Source of the DNA: Armatimonadota bacterium
Lineage (GTDB): Bacteria > Armatimonadota > UBA5829 > DSUL01
Assembly: GCA_039811685.1 (NCBI GenBank)
Contig: JBDHZC010000004.1
Coordinates: forward strand, 197,924-261,923
Direction of reading: 5' to 3'
DNA length: 64,000 nt
Positions 1 through 10,552 of this stretch are shown in pieces. The notes beneath the pieces were generated by a model that was not told the origin of the DNA, searched no databases, and saw nothing but the letters and a program-made list of their open reading frames with translations. The position numbers and the translations under genes are program-made. The stretch's first letter is position 1. Every line of letters begins with the position of its first letter.

Positions 1-1100
1 GCTGCGCGACCGCATGTTGCGCCGATTCTGCCTGCCTTGAGTCCCCGAAGCGCGCTCTCCAGAACGTCGTCCTCCTGGATACTGTCAATGCACGTGTGAA
101 AGTTCGCGTCTGAGCACCAGCGGGAGTTGCAGCTTGTGCGGCAGCTCAGAGGCGCCATCAACACCGTGTGACGGTCGCTATCGTTGCGTTCTGGACACAT
201 CGAAGGACCAAAAATGCCGACTGTCGGAGTGTCAACTCCACGCGCCAGGTGCAAAACAGGTGAGTCATTGCTGATAACGAGATCGAGTTGCGCCACCAGC
301 GCCTGTATCTCCGTCCAGCTCAGGGCTCCTGGAGCGAAAACCGCGGCCATGCGGAGATCGCCGCCAACTTCCTGTGCCAGTGACCCTTCGCCTGAACCAC
401 TCGTAATCAGAATCGTGCCTCCCGTGTACCGCTCCAGCCTTCTTGCGACTGCCGTGAAGCGCTCTGTTGGCCATCTCTGAAGAAGCAGTGGGCTTCCCGG
501 ATGAATCCCGATCCACGGTCTCGGAGCCGCCTCGAGGAAGCTGTGGATGCGGCTGACGTGTTCAGGGCCGTAGGGCAGACGCACGGCGCCGGCGGTTCCA
601 CTGAAGCCCAGAGCTCGCACCAGACGAAGATGATCCAGTCTCGTGAGGCGTACGGATCGTACTCTGCTGCTGTGGGCGATTCTGTAGCGCGCGCTGGACA
701 GTTCATGAGGCGAAGACTTACCGCCCGTGAAGTCAATAGCCAGATCGAACTTCTCTTTTCGCAAAGAGCGTATGAGCCGCGTTCTCTTCTGAATCCGTCC
801 CAGCCACCCTTCGCCCTCCAGTGTTGAGGACAGAATGTTATGCAGCTCAGGATGTCCGCCCAGAACTTGCGCACTGTAGGGTGAAGTCAGAAATGCAATC
901 TCAGGGCGCTGGAGCCCTTGTACCAGAGGGTGCACGCAGGGCAGCGCCTGAATAACGTCTTCGAGGAAACCCGTGTGAATACAAAGGACGCGGCGGATTT
1001 CTCCTGCTTCCCTTTCAGCGCAAAACGCCTCCAGGCGCTCCTGGCTCCAGTCGCCTGGAAGCGCCACTGTCTGATTGTCCGACGGATCTCCTGTGATCAT
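1..1100 (-). CDS. Glycosyltransferase family 9 (ADP-heptose:LPS heptosyltransferase-like). Partial: the C-terminus runs off the window start.
   Basis: The third minus-strand frame is open from the ATG at 1098-1100 through position 1, and is absent from the ORF track because it has no stop inside the window. The translation contains GT9-typical motifs (…PWIGIHPGSPLLLQRWPTERF…TGGTILITSGSGEG…LVISNDSPVLHLARGVDTPTVGIFGPS). The listed ORFs 184..480, 407..874 and 501..827 in other frames look non-protein-like. Confidence 0.6.
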   Translation of the reverse strand, partial: MITGDPSDNQTVALPGDWSQERLEAFCAEREAGEIRRVLCIHTGFLEDVIQALPCVHPLVQGLQRPEIAFLTSPYSAQVLGGHPELHNILSSTLEGEGWLGRIQKRTRLIRSLRKEKFDLAIDFTGGKSSPHELSSARYRIAHSSRVRSVRLTRLDHLRLVRALGFSGTAGAVRLPYGPEHVSRIHSFLEAAPRPWIGIHPGSPLLLQRWPTERFTAVARRLERYTGGTILITSGSGEGSLAQEVGGDLRMAAVFAPGALSWTEIQALVAQLDLVISNDSPVLHLARGVDTPTVGIFGPSMCPERNDSDRHTVLMAPLSCRTSCNSRWCSDANFHTCIDSIQEDDVLESALRGLKAGRIGATCGRA

Positions 1101-1269
1101 TGCCGCTCAGTGTTGATCTCTTACTTCAGAATCGGCATCTCAACGGTGAAAATGAAGACCTGACGCATATCCTTCACTCGCAACCAGAGCCTGGTCGGCG
1201 CACTTGCTGTGCAGCGTGCTACAATCGCCTGTGTCAAAGTCGTCTTTACTCCGAACATTCGTAGCTGTT

Positions 1270-1830
1270 ATGCTGCCGGGAGATCTCCAGCGTACCATCG
1301 CAGACGCCGTGCGACCGTTGGAACGTTTACGAACACGTGTTTGTTTGACCAGGAAGGAGAATCTTCATATCACGCTGAAATTCCTCGGTGACGTATCCGT
1401 TGGGAAACTGCAGGAAGTGGCATCTCTGCTCATGCCCGTTGCTGGCCGGCGAGCGCCGTTTGAAATAGAGATTGCCGGCATTGGCGCTTTTCCCGATGTG
1501 GCTCGAGCGCGAATCATCTGGGTGGGGGTTAGTCGGGGCGCACAGGCGCTCAAGCTGCTTTCCCGGGATATTGAGGAGTCGCTTACGGGCGTCGGGTTTG
1601 AGGATGAAGACCGCTTCAAAGCGCACGTCACTGTGGGTCGGATCAGGCACGCCAGCCGGACGCCAGAATTGGAGACAGAACTGAAAGACCGTATCGGCAC
1701 ACTAGGCGGGTGCCGCGTGAGCGCGTTCTACCTTATGAAGAGCACTTTGGCTTCGGGTGGCTCGGTGTACGAAGTGCTGGAAGAGTTCCGCCTGAGTGGC
1801 GAAGAGCCATCTCCAGAGTTTGCGGGGTAA
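1270..1830 (+). CDS. thpR: RNA 2',3'-cyclic phosphodiesterase (2H / LigT-ThpR family)
   Basis: Two H-x-T/S-x motifs are present (HITLKFLGD and HVTVGRI), as expected for 2H phosphoesterases. The ORF opens at 1204, but the ATG at 1270 (MLPGDLQ…) is the more plausible start. Confidence 0.75.
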   Translation: MLPGDLQRTIADAVRPLERLRTRVCLTRKENLHITLKFLGDVSVGKLQEVASLLMPVAGRRAPFEIEIAGIGAFPDVARARIIWVGVSRGAQALKLLSRDIEESLTGVGFEDEDRFKAHVTVGRIRHASRTPELETELKDRIGTLGGCRVSAFYLMKSTLASGGSVYEVLEEFRLSGEEPSPEFAG

Positions 1831-1840
1831 AAAACAACAC

Positions 1841-2875
1841 ATGGACAAGGAAAAAGCACTAGAGCTTGCGATAACACAGATCGAGCGGCAGTTTGGACGG
1901 GGGTCGGTTATGAAGCTGGGACAGCGGCCGCAACTCACCATTGACGCCATTCCTACAGGGTCACTTTCGCTGGATATCGCTCTTGGCATCGGTGGGATTC
2001 CCAAAGGCCGCATTATTGAGCTTTACGGGCAGGAGTCCTCCGGAAAAACGACGCTTGCCTATCATATCGTCGCTCAGGCGCAGAAGCGCGGTGGCACGGC
2101 AGCTTTTGTTGACGCCGAGCACGCCGTCGACCCTCTCTATGCAGCCAATCTTGGAGTGGACATCGACAATCTGCTCATTTCTCAGCCGGATACCGCCGAG
2201 CAGGCGCTGGAGATTGTGGACGCGCTGGTGCGCAGCGGCGCTGTGGACGTTGTAGTTCTGGATTCTGTCGCTGCTCTCGTCCCGAAAGCGGAGATTGAAG
2301 GTGAGATGGGGGACTCGCACGTCGGTTTGCAGGCGCGTCTGATGTCGCAGGCCATGCGCAAGATTGGCGGATCGTGCGCCAAGACCAACACTGCTGCGAT
2401 CTTCATCAACCAGATTCGAGAGAAAATCGGCGTTATGTTTGGCAATCCGGAGACGACACCTGGCGGTCGCGCGCTGAAGTTCTGGGCTTCGGTGCGTCTT
2501 GAGGTGCGGCGAATCGAGACGCTGAAGTCGGGTACGGAGCCTATTGGTAACCGAGTGCGCGTCAAAGTCGTGAAGAACAAAGTCGCTGCGCCGTTCAAGC
2601 AGGCGGAATTTGACGTCTTCTTCCAGAAGGGAATTTCGCGGGAAGGGTCACTTCTGGACGTCGGCGTAGATCAGGGACTCGTCACCAAGACGGGCACGTG
2701 GTTCAACTACGGTGAGGTTCGGCTCGGCCAGGGACGCGACAATTCGCGTTCTTATCTTGAGCAGAATCCGGAGATCGCCGACGAGCTGGAGAGCAAAATT
2801 CGCAGTGCGATCACCAGTACAGCAGTTCCCGTGGCCGAAGAGGAAGAGGAAGAACTGGAGCCTCTTGAAGTCTAG
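1841..2875 (+). CDS. recA: Recombinase RecA
   Basis: Unmistakable RecA sequence: [18 protein letters not shown] Walker A, the [18 protein letters not shown] and [23 protein letters not shown] blocks, and an acidic C-tail. Likely start [10 protein letters not shown] at 1841. Confidence 0.97.
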   Translation: MDKEKALELAITQIERQFGRGSVMKLGQRPQLTIDAIPTGSLSLDIALGIGGIPKGRIIELYGQESSGKTTLAYHIVAQAQKRGGTAAFVDAEHAVDPLYAANLGVDIDNLLISQPDTAEQALEIVDALVRSGAVDVVVLDSVAALVPKAEIEGEMGDSHVGLQARLMSQAMRKIGGSCAKTNTAAIFINQIREKIGVMFGNPETTPGGRALKFWASVRLEVRRIETLKSGTEPIGNRVRVKVVKNKVAAPFKQAEFDVFFQKGISREGSLLDVGVDQGLVTKTGTWFNYGEVRLGQGRDNSRSYLEQNPEIADELESKIRSAITSTAVPVAEEEEEELEPLEV

Positions 2876-3046
2876 CTTTGCTCGATATTGCCTGCCTGTG
2901 AAGGGTCGCTCTCTTCGCTCGTATCCAGGAAGCGAGGACGTTTCTCGAGGAAGGAACCGGCGCCCGTCATCGCAAAGACTTCTTGGGCTCTACTGTTCAG
3001 ATTTGGGTAGATTGCGCGGTGGCCTGGAAAGCCGTCTGGGAAGGCA

Positions 3047-3829
3047 ATGATAGTCCTGATAGTTGGAGATATCGTCGGTCGGCCTGGACGGCGGGCCTTG
3101 TCCGAAACTCTGCCGGGACTGGTTGAGGAGTTCTCGCCCGATTTTGTGATAGCCAACGGAGAAAACGCGGCCGGTGGGTCTGGCATTACGCGAGAGACAG
3201 CAGCGCCGTTGTTTTCCGCTGGCGTCCACGTACTGACGATGGGCAATCACGTGTGGAATCACCGTGAGGCAATCCCTTACATCGAAGAGGACACCAGGAT
3301 TGTCCGTCCGGCCAACTTCCCGTCAGGCTCGCCGGGGCGGGGAGCAAACGTGTTTGTAGCCCGGGACGGGGTGAAGGTCGCGGTTATCAATCTTCAGGGT
3401 CGCACTTTTATGCAGCCCATTGATGACCCGTTTCGAACCGGATCACAGCTCATTGAGACGCTCAGTCAGCAGGCGGATGTCATCATTGTGGATTTTCACG
3501 CTGAGGCTACCTCGGAGAAGATGGCCTTCGCGCATTATGTGGACGGCGGGGTTGCCTGTGTTTATGGAACACATACGCACGTGGCGACGGCTGACGAAGG
3601 GGTGCTGCCGCGGGGCACCGCATACATCACAGATATCGGCATGACCGGGCCTTCGCAGTCAATTATCGGAATGCGCCCGGATGAAATTATTGAGCGCTTC
3701 GTTACGGGGCTCCCAAAGCGTTATGAGGTGGCGGGAGGGCCCACGATGCTGAATGGAATAGTGCTGGACATTGATGAGTCCAAGGGTCTGGCCCGCTCGA
3801 TCCAGCGCGTACGCAGAGATGGATCTTAG
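3047..3829 (+). CDS. ymdB: YmdB-like metallophosphoesterase (TIGR00282 family 2',3'-cyclic-nucleotide phosphodiesterase)
   Basis: Collinear with B. subtilis YmdB along its whole length: MIVLIVGDIVGRPG, NGENAAGG, MGNHVWN, VRPANFP, INLQGRTFM, DFHAEATSEK, GTHTHV and AYITDIGMTG. It sits next to recA, as in Firmicutes. Confidence 0.85.
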   Translation: MIVLIVGDIVGRPGRRALSETLPGLVEEFSPDFVIANGENAAGGSGITRETAAPLFSAGVHVLTMGNHVWNHREAIPYIEEDTRIVRPANFPSGSPGRGANVFVARDGVKVAVINLQGRTFMQPIDDPFRTGSQLIETLSQQADVIIVDFHAEATSEKMAFAHYVDGGVACVYGTHTHVATADEGVLPRGTAYITDIGMTGPSQSIIGMRPDEIIERFVTGLPKRYEVAGGPTMLNGIVLDIDESKGLARSIQRVRRDGS

Positions 3830-3943
3830 GACAGCAGGAACCGACCGCTCGGATCCGGACGTCCAAATGACAGTGAAGGGCGGACACTGGGCGTCACCGA
3901 ATCTCTTACCATTACTAGAATCAGCCCGGCAAGGACCAAAGCT

Positions 3944-4906
3944 TTGAGTAAAACGATAAAACGGATAGCAGTACTTCGAACAGCGCTCGTTGCGAGCTTG
4001 CTGACGCTGGGCTTCTCTGCCTGCGGAACTGCTCGTGAGCTTTCCATCTACTCGGGCCAGAGTCTGGCGACGGAGGGCATATCGCTGCATTCATGGGGAA
4101 GCGGTGTGTTTGAAGAGGATGACAAGACTGGATTCGACAGCACGCACAGTATCCAGATCACTTCTCCGAGTCTGTTTGCTGGGGCCTTTTTGACGCTGCG
4201 CGAACCTGTCCAGATCGCCGATCCCGCCACAATCACACAATTTGACTACATTGAAGTCACAGTCAAGTTCAAAACCACAACTCAGATCGGTCTCAGTCCG
4301 TCGGGTGGCGCTCCAACCGCAACCGTCACTTATCAGCCTTTTCCTCTGGATATAGTGGGTGGCAACTACGATTATGATGAGCTTCCGCAGGTGCCGAGAG
4401 CGCGCAATCTGAAGATGATTATGTACTCGGAGGATGGTCGTGCCCTGGAGCACACAGAGCCGATTGTGCTCAAACCGAATGATGAAGAGGGCTGGATTGG
4501 CGTGGCTTTTCCGCTGGCCGCGTTCGGATTGACTGCCGACTCCGGTGGGTTCAAACTCTCGAAACTCGCGCTGTCCTGCGACTACCCTGACACTTTCTGG
4601 GTCGGGCAGATTCACATTATCACTGACAGCAGCCCTATCTTCGTCGAGTCTCTCGGAGGGTCTGAAAGCGTGGCTCCCTACGACGCGCTGGTGTTCAAAG
4701 CAAACGCGGAGGCCGGTCACACCGCGCTTCTCTACTCATGGGACTTCAACGCCAAAGATGGGATTCAGGAAGACGCTACGGGACCCTATGCCAGCGTCAG
4801 CTACAGCACTCCTGGTGAGTACACGATCACACTGACTGTCAGTGATCCGGATGGCCTCAAGAAGCCTGCGTCAGTAAAAACGACTGTGGAGGTCACCGGC
4901 TCCTGA
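3944..4906 (+). CDS. Lipoprotein with a C-terminal PKD domain
   Basis: Signal peptide with a lipobox (LLTLGFSAC). The C-terminal ~85 aa have a PKD-like pattern (YSWDFNAKDG…TPGEYTITLTVSDPDG). Confidence 0.55.
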   Translation: MSKTIKRIAVLRTALVASLLTLGFSACGTARELSIYSGQSLATEGISLHSWGSGVFEEDDKTGFDSTHSIQITSPSLFAGAFLTLREPVQIADPATITQFDYIEVTVKFKTTTQIGLSPSGGAPTATVTYQPFPLDIVGGNYDYDELPQVPRARNLKMIMYSEDGRALEHTEPIVLKPNDEEGWIGVAFPLAAFGLTADSGGFKLSKLALSCDYPDTFWVGQIHIITDSSPIFVESLGGSESVAPYDALVFKANAEAGHTALLYSWDFNAKDGIQEDATGPYASVSYSTPGEYTITLTVSDPDGLKKPASVKTTVEVTGS

Positions 4907-4969
4907 ATTCCGGGTGCGGACAACTCTCAGAGCGCTTTAGCGAGCGGTTGTGTGGCCGGAGTTGCGTGG

Positions 4970-6145
4970 CTACGGTGCGGACGCACTGGAAGAAGTCTGC
5001 AGCTCGGAAGACCAGTAGGTGTTGCTGAAGATGGCATTCAGGGTGTCCAGACTGTCGTTCTGCGGTTTGTGCTTTTCCACTCCGGTTCGGCTGATGTCCC
5101 CGACGAAAGCAATCTGCGTTGTGGTGCCAGTGTGATCGCTCGGTAGTTCTGTATCCACCCGCACCGTGATATTGTCAACGTTCCTGTCGGCCATCAGCGC
5201 TCCTCCCGCAACTCCCAGAGCGCTTTCCAGAATGGCTTTTCTGGTCTGCGAGGGCTGCACGTGAACCGTTACAAATACGCGGTTGTCGCGCGGGTCGGCG
5301 ACAACACTGCGAAGCGCGGCTTTGCCGCCCTGAAAGACGTCGGCTCTCTGCAGATTTCGGGCGAACTGCTGTTCAACAGGCCTCGGGGCCACAACTGTTC
5401 CTGGCGCTGAGGGCTCAATGACAGAGCCTGTCGCGGAGCCAACAACCTGCGGAGCGGAAGTGCGGCCCTGGGGCACCGGGCTGGCCTGTGTGACAGAGCT
5501 TGATGGAACTTGCGGCGCTTCGCGCGCAGCACTGGCCGGTTGAGTCGCCGCCCCCTGTCTGAGTGGCTCCGTGGGGAGCCTGCGGTCGCGAGATCGGCTG
5601 ACCATTGCGGCCAGCACAATGAGCGCAAACAGACAGACACCAGCTATCAGGACAATGTTTCTCACAGTTCCGTAACCTGCGCTCTGAACAAAGGAGTCGA
5701 GCTTCCCCTGTGGATCAGGATTGGCGGCCACCGCTGCGCCTGCTGCGGAGGTCTGGACACGTATGCTCTGCGCTTTTTGGAGCATCTCGGCACGCTCAGC
5801 CTTGCTCTTTACGCTCACGTTCTGTGGCTCAATGTCCAGCGCCATCTGGTACCATACGGCCGCATCCTTGTAGCGGTCCTGGTTCATAAAGATATCGCCC
5901 ATTAGAGCGTGCGCGCCCGCATCCTCGGGAGCGATGGCCAGCGCGTCCCTGCAGACTTCCTCGGCTTCAGTGAACTGCCGCCTGGTGCGCAGCAGGTTTG
6001 CGGACACGAGCAGGGCTGTCAGGTCATGGTCCTGCGGCTCCGTGTTTCCCATTGCGGGCGCAACGGCGCCGCAATGCGGACAGAACTTCGCGGCCGGATC
6101 CACCTGTGCGCCGCATGAAGCACAGCGTACCGTTGCTGAACTCAT
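4970..6145 (-). CDS. Membrane-anchored protein with an N-terminal zinc ribbon, TPR repeats and a C-terminal domain of unknown function
   Basis: Zinc ribbon CASCG…CPHCG at the N-terminus, then TPR-like repeats, a single TM helix (IVLIAGVCLFALIVLAAMV), a Pro/Ser/Ala-rich linker and a C-terminal globular region. It starts 2 nt after the dut stop. Confidence 0.55.
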   Translation of the reverse strand: MSSATVRCASCGAQVDPAAKFCPHCGAVAPAMGNTEPQDHDLTALLVSANLLRTRRQFTEAEEVCRDALAIAPEDAGAHALMGDIFMNQDRYKDAAVWYQMALDIEPQNVSVKSKAERAEMLQKAQSIRVQTSAAGAAVAANPDPQGKLDSFVQSAGYGTVRNIVLIAGVCLFALIVLAAMVSRSRDRRLPTEPLRQGAATQPASAAREAPQVPSSSVTQASPVPQGRTSAPQVVGSATGSVIEPSAPGTVVAPRPVEQQFARNLQRADVFQGGKAALRSVVADPRDNRVFVTVHVQPSQTRKAILESALGVAGGALMADRNVDNITVRVDTELPSDHTGTTTQIAFVGDISRTGVEKHKPQNDSLDTLNAIFSNTYWSSELQTSSSASAP

Positions 6146-6147
6146 TC

Positions 6148-6603
6148 TTAGACTCCCGTGTGGCCGAAGCCGCCCTCACTCCTGCACGAACTTGACAACT
6201 CTACAGTCTCTTCTATAACCGCCTGTGTTACGGGTGCGATCACGAGTTGAGCTATCCGGTCACCGCGCTGAATGTCAAAGGGCTCTTTGCCAAGATTGAT
6301 GACAATTATTTTGACTTCGCCCCGGTAGTCCGCGTCAATCGTTCCCGGTGTATTGACCAGCGAGATACCGTGCCGCAGCGCCAATCCACTGCGCGGGCGC
6401 ACCTGGCCTTCAAAGCCCGGAGGAATCTCAAATCTAAAGCCTGTTGGCACCAGCGCTCTCTCACCGGGTAGAAGCGTCAGGACATGTTCAACCGCAGCTG
6501 CCAGGTCCATCCCACTCGACAGCTCCGTAGCGTAGGCGGGAAGCGGCAGGTCCGCCGCACCCTCCATTCTGGTAACCTGGATTGTCACGCGCGCCATATT
6601 CAT
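6148..6603 (-). CDS. dut: dUTP diphosphatase
   Basis: Canonical dUTPase motifs: [42 protein letters not shown] and GDRIAQLVI. The start is placed at an internal ATG (MNMARVTIQ…) rather than the ORF-track start. Confidence 0.9.
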   Translation of the reverse strand: MNMARVTIQVTRMEGAADLPLPAYATELSSGMDLAAAVEHVLTLLPGERALVPTGFRFEIPPGFEGQVRPRSGLALRHGISLVNTPGTIDADYRGEVKIIVINLGKEPFDIQRGDRIAQLVIAPVTQAVIEETVELSSSCRSEGGFGHTGV

Positions 6604-6664
6604 CTCTGCTAACTTATACACCAGTTACCAGCCAGCGCGCATGTTGGTCCCGATTGTGCCAGGA

Positions 6665-8404
6665 CTAGCTTGTCGCCTCTTCCTGTTCAGAAGCAAACTG
6701 GGGCGGCACGAGGGGCAGCGTGAAGATGAACTTTGACCCCTTCCCAACTTCGCTCTCGATCCAAATCTGCCCTCCATGCGCCTCAACCAGGTGCTTCACG
6801 AGGAAGAGTCCAATACCGGTGCCATAGATTTCCCGCGTATCCCGCGTGTCAACACGGTGGAATCGATCGAAGACTTTGGCCATGTGTTCTTTCGGAATGC
6901 CAATGCCCTGGTCTTCTACGCCGATCTGGACCATGCCATCCAACTGCTGACCCCGGATTGTCACCGTCCCACCGTCCGGCGAGTATTTGATCGCGTTGTT
7001 AGTCAGGTTGGTCAATATCTGGTCCACCTTATCTTCATCCGCCACGATAGTGGGAAGGCCTTCTATGCCCGCCATAACTAGCTCGTGGTTGTGAGCGTAG
7101 GAACGCTGGGCGTTGACAACCTTTTCGACAAGTGAAGGAAGCTCGACAGGCTTCGGGTTGAGGTCCAGCGCACGCCCTGCTTCAATGCGCGAAACGTTTA
7201 GCAGATCAGAGATCAGTCGCGTCAGGCGATCGCATTCCTGATCGATAATCTCCAGAAACTCTCGCGTCGTGGCCTGGTCGTAGTAGCCTTCTGTGTCTGC
7301 CAGGAGTGTCGATACAAAGCCTTTTATAGATGTCAGCGGAGTCCTGAGCTCGTGTGAGACAGTGGAGACAAACGCAGTCTTCATACGCTCAACGCCGCGA
7401 ATCTCAGTAATATCGTTGAAAATCGCGACTGCCCCAATAGTGGAGCCATCTTCGGAGCGCACAGGCGTGCTCTGCGCCTGGAAGACGCGCGGCTCTTCGC
7501 CCGGAGGTCCCGGCAGGTCTATTTCTCCCGCCGTGTCCTGTCCTTCCTTCAGGGACGTCAGCAGCATTTCCTTGATGCTGTCAATCTTGATCGCGTTCTC
7601 AAAGCTCTCTTTGGCCAGCTCGGATTTCTCCAGCCCCAGCATGTGTTTTGCGGACTGGTTGATCTGTGTGATGCGTCCATTTGCGCTGACCATAATCAGT
7701 CCCGCGTAAACGCTCTCAATGATCTGCTCGAGCTCTTCCTTCTCTTCGACAACCTCGCGGTAGAGCTGGGCGCTGGCAACAACGGCGGCGGCGTTCTTGG
7801 CCATCAGCTCCAGCAGCTTGACGTCCTCTTCGATAAACACATTGCCATAGCGCTTATTGAAGACGTGCAGCACGCCGATGGTCGTGGTATCAATGACCCT
7901 GTTCTCAGCGTCCCGTTTCTCGACGACGAGCGGGACGCACACTCCGTTTCGCACATTCAGAAGCGCAACATTCTCTTTGAGAGTGCGCGGGTCGTTGACG
8001 GCATCGTAGAGAATCTCCGGCTTGCTTTCGCGGAAGACCTGTCCGGAGATACCAGTAGTCGCCCGCACGCGGAAGCGCTTGAGCTCCTCATCCGTGAGCC
8101 CGAGCGCCGGTTTCGTTGCCACAAGTTCGCCGGATTCCTTGTCAAACAGCATGAACACGCACTTTTCAGCCTGAAGCATCATTGAGATGCGGCTGTTCAT
8201 GCGGTTGAGGATCTCTTCAAGCTCGGTAATTGGAGCTGACGCTTCGGAAGCTTCGGAGACGCTGCGGACTTTTGCCTCAAGTTCCTTGTTTGCGTCTTCG
8301 AGGATCTTTATATATCCTCGCTTCTTCTCAAGCTCCTCTGTGAGCAGGCGAATCTGCTCCTGGGCGTCAATGGTGGTGGTATGTGGTGTGTTTTCTACGC
8401 TCAA
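6665..8404 (-). CDS. Sensor histidine kinase (coiled-coil, GAF, PAS, HisKA, HATPase_c); no adjacent response regulator
   Basis: H-box [20 protein letters not shown]-box [13 protein letters not shown], and G-boxes DQGIGIP and GTGIGL. There is an N-terminal coiled coil and a GAF-like region. Confidence 0.85.
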   Translation of the reverse strand: MSVENTPHTTTIDAQEQIRLLTEELEKKRGYIKILEDANKELEAKVRSVSEASEASAPITELEEILNRMNSRISMMLQAEKCVFMLFDKESGELVATKPALGLTDEELKRFRVRATTGISGQVFRESKPEILYDAVNDPRTLKENVALLNVRNGVCVPLVVEKRDAENRVIDTTTIGVLHVFNKRYGNVFIEEDVKLLELMAKNAAAVVASAQLYREVVEEKEELEQIIESVYAGLIMVSANGRITQINQSAKHMLGLEKSELAKESFENAIKIDSIKEMLLTSLKEGQDTAGEIDLPGPPGEEPRVFQAQSTPVRSEDGSTIGAVAIFNDITEIRGVERMKTAFVSTVSHELRTPLTSIKGFVSTLLADTEGYYDQATTREFLEIIDQECDRLTRLISDLLNVSRIEAGRALDLNPKPVELPSLVEKVVNAQRSYAHNHELVMAGIEGLPTIVADEDKVDQILTNLTNNAIKYSPDGGTVTIRGQQLDGMVQIGVEDQGIGIPKEHMAKVFDRFHRVDTRDTREIYGTGIGLFLVKHLVEAHGGQIWIESEVGKGSKFIFTLPLVPPQFASEQEEATS

Positions 8405-8483
8405 ATTTCAGGCTCCAGCGCCCGGCCCATCCACGGGTCCCGGCGTGCGCGGGTACAACTTCCCTGCGCTCATCAGGTGTTGT

Positions 8484-8714
8484 CTACGCGTTCCCCAGCT
8501 TGTGAGCGGCCGACTTGCGCTCGATACAGGTGGGACGTCCATCTGTACTGCAGTCACGCTCTGCTGCTCTCACGCGTACATTATTGGCAAATCTCATTGT
8601 GAACTGACTGCGAAAGGACGGCTTGCCAAGTTGGGCCGCCTCTGGCCAGTTTTCAAATACTGTTTGATAGACGCGGCCAGGTGTGCGTGTGTTCAACTCC
8701 TTCTCATCACTCAT
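8484..8714 (-). CDS. Small hypothetical protein (76 aa) upstream of the histidine kinase
   Basis: The ORF has an AAAGAGG Shine-Dalgarno 8 nt before ATG (MSDEKEL…). No recognisable motifs. Confidence 0.35.
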   Translation of the reverse strand: MSDEKELNTRTPGRVYQTVFENWPEAAQLGKPSFRSQFTMRFANNVRVRAAERDCSTDGRPTCIERKSAAHKLGNA

Positions 8715-8850
8715 TATTTTGACCTCTTTCACTCTGTAATGACTACCTGAAAGTCACTCCAGCAATCGTGCCCGGCATTAGCGCCTTGTGCAAGCATGCA
8801 GGGGAGTGATATGATAGGTGCCGTAGAGAAAACTTGAGAGGAGGCACTTG

Positions 8851-9000
8851 ATGTTACTTCGCCAGAAAGAACTGCGCCGTCGCCGCAAACGCGCCCTGGA
8901 GCGCTACAAAGCTCGAGCGCGACAGCAGAGTCCAGAGCAACCCAAGCCCACCGCTAAGAGTAGATCGACAAAGCGGACGAAAGATCAGAGTAGCGCCTGA
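8851..9000 (+). CDS. Small, highly basic protein (49 aa, Arg/Lys-rich), hypothetical
   Basis: It is not in the ORF track because it is under 60 aa. A perfect SD (GAGAGGAGG) lies 7 nt upstream of the ATG at 8851. The product is MLLRQKELRRRRKRALERYKARARQQSPEQPKPTAKSRSTKRTKDQSSA. Confidence 0.4.
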   Translation: MLLRQKELRRRRKRALERYKARARQQSPEQPKPTAKSRSTKRTKDQSSA

Positions 9001-9039
9001 CCGAGCATAGATGGATCGCTGCGGCGATTCCAGTTCCGG

Positions 9040-9249
9040 TCAGATCTGTCGAGGCTCCTCTGTGGAGCCTCCTTTTTCCTGTTGGCTGCCGGAAGCGTCT
9101 TGCTCGGGAGTCAGAGTCCTCGCCTTACATACGCCGCCGCAACTGATACACCTGGGCCCCTCGTATTCCAGGCACTGCATAAGGCCGCAGTCACGGCAGA
9201 CGACGGGAGTGATCACGGAATGCCAGCAGATAGGGCAGGCTACTTGCAA
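9040..9249 (-). CDS. Small Cys-rich protein (three CxxC motifs), putative zinc-ribbon protein
   Basis: 69-aa product with CPIC…CRDC…C…CISC. It lies 80 bp downstream of the MauE/DoxX gene on the same strand. The overlapping plus-strand ORF 9011..9349 has no features. Confidence 0.35.
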   Translation of the reverse strand: MQVACPICWHSVITPVVCRDCGLMQCLEYEGPRCISCGGVCKARTLTPEQDASGSQQEKGGSTEEPRQI

Positions 9250-9328
9250 GACAGGATATCCTTTTAGTCGTAGAGTACTGGAGGCATATTACCGCAAGCT
9301 GTACAGGCCGCGCAACCGTCGCCAGCCT

Positions 9329-9997
9329 CTAGGCAGGCGAGGTCTCTGAGGAATCCTCAGCATGGGTGAACGCTCGTAACGGTGCTTCCCGTGGCACGCT
9401 TACGCGCAGAACCAGCACGCTGAGCGCCAGACCCGCTAAGCGCCACACGACATGTCCCCACGAAATCTTGTCCGCGTCCGCAGAGGCAGTGCTGAGCGTG
9501 AAGCATCCGCAGTCAATATCCAGTCCACGCATCAGTGCGCTTGCCATGGCGATGGAGAACGTCAGATAGAGAATGGCGCTCACCAGCGCCGCTCCTCGCG
9601 TTACCAGCCCGAGAATGAGAAGTACGCCAGTTACAAACTCCACCCAGACCAGCGAGATCGTGAAGACGTTCACCAGAGCTCTTGGAAGAAGGCGGTAGTT
9701 TTCTACCTTGTTGGCAAAGGGCTGCGGGTCAAAGAGCTTGTTGTAGCTGGCGTAGATGAAAATCACGCCAAGCATCAAGCGCAGGGCGAACACGACGGCC
9801 TTCCTGCCAGCCAGCGCCGCACCCAACAGCACTGCGATCAGCAGCGCGAGCTGGAAAGGTTTGGAGAGATAGGCGCCTATCCTGTCTGACCCTCCCGCGA
9901 GTCCTCCGGATTGCCATTCTAGCGCCACGCGAATCGCCAGCGCTGCCAAAGCCACGGCCATCACCGCACAACCGGCTCTCGCGCGACCTGCGCTCAA
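9329..9997 (-). CDS. MauE/DoxX-family integral membrane protein
   Basis: Four or five TM helices and the MauE/DoxX-type DIDCGCF motif. Its start codon overlaps the rhodanese stop. Confidence 0.7.
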   Translation of the reverse strand: MSAGRARAGCAVMAVALAALAIRVALEWQSGGLAGGSDRIGAYLSKPFQLALLIAVLLGAALAGRKAVVFALRLMLGVIFIYASYNKLFDPQPFANKVENYRLLPRALVNVFTISLVWVEFVTGVLLILGLVTRGAALVSAILYLTFSIAMASALMRGLDIDCGCFTLSTASADADKISWGHVVWRLAGLALSVLVLRVSVPREAPLRAFTHAEDSSETSPA

Positions 9998-10467
9998 GGC
10001 GCGGCTCCCTCAGACACTGGCATGCTTCGCTCGTTCACCCAACTGTTATAACCATCTCTGTAGTAGGTTACGTGCTTCCAGCCGTGTTGCAGGAGGTAGC
10101 CGCTGACCTTTTTTGACAGATCACAGCTCTCTGACTCGTCACAGTAGACGATGACAGGCTGATCCTTTGGGATGCGCTTCTCGATGGACGGCAAATACTT
10201 CTCACGCTCCTCCCACGGCAGAAGAAGCGCTCCCTGAATATGCCCCGTTTCATATTCGACTCTGGGTCGCGCATCCACAAACACAGCCTTGTGTTCGTCA
10301 AAGGCCGCGGCGGCCTCTTCGAACGCAATCGCTTTGGCCGCTTTGGGGAGTGGAGGAGTCACCAGAGGGATGCCCTTAGGAGCCGCAGCGTTGGCGATTA
10401 ACCCCACCGCTGAGGCCCCCAGAACAATGAGAATCGCAGAACCGAAGACTGAGCCAGCACGGCGCAT
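9994..10467 (-). CDS. Rhodanese-domain protein (periplasmic, signal peptide)
   Basis: Signal peptide, then a rhodanese fold with the active-site loop VIVYCDESESC. Translationally coupled to the downstream MauE/DoxX gene. Confidence 0.8.
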   Translation of the reverse strand: MRRAGSVFGSAILIVLGASAVGLIANAAAPKGIPLVTPPLPKAAKAIAFEEAAAAFDEHKAVFVDARPRVEYETGHIQGALLLPWEEREKYLPSIEKRIPKDQPVIVYCDESESCDLSKKVSGYLLQHGWKHVTYYRDGYNSWVNERSMPVSEGAAP

Positions 10468-10552
10468 CAGACTACCTCAGCTTTCGCGACACAGCTTCGT
10501 GGTCGTGCATCGAGTCGAAATGACCTGAATCTCCTGTCACGCCGGAGAGATT

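Noticed and set aside
184-874. ORF-track candidates 184..480(+), 265..516(-), 407..874(-) and 501..827(+)
   Set aside because: They have low-complexity, Arg/Ser-rich translations. The third minus-strand frame gives a continuous GT9 heptosyltransferase-like protein across 1..1100, which is a far better explanation.
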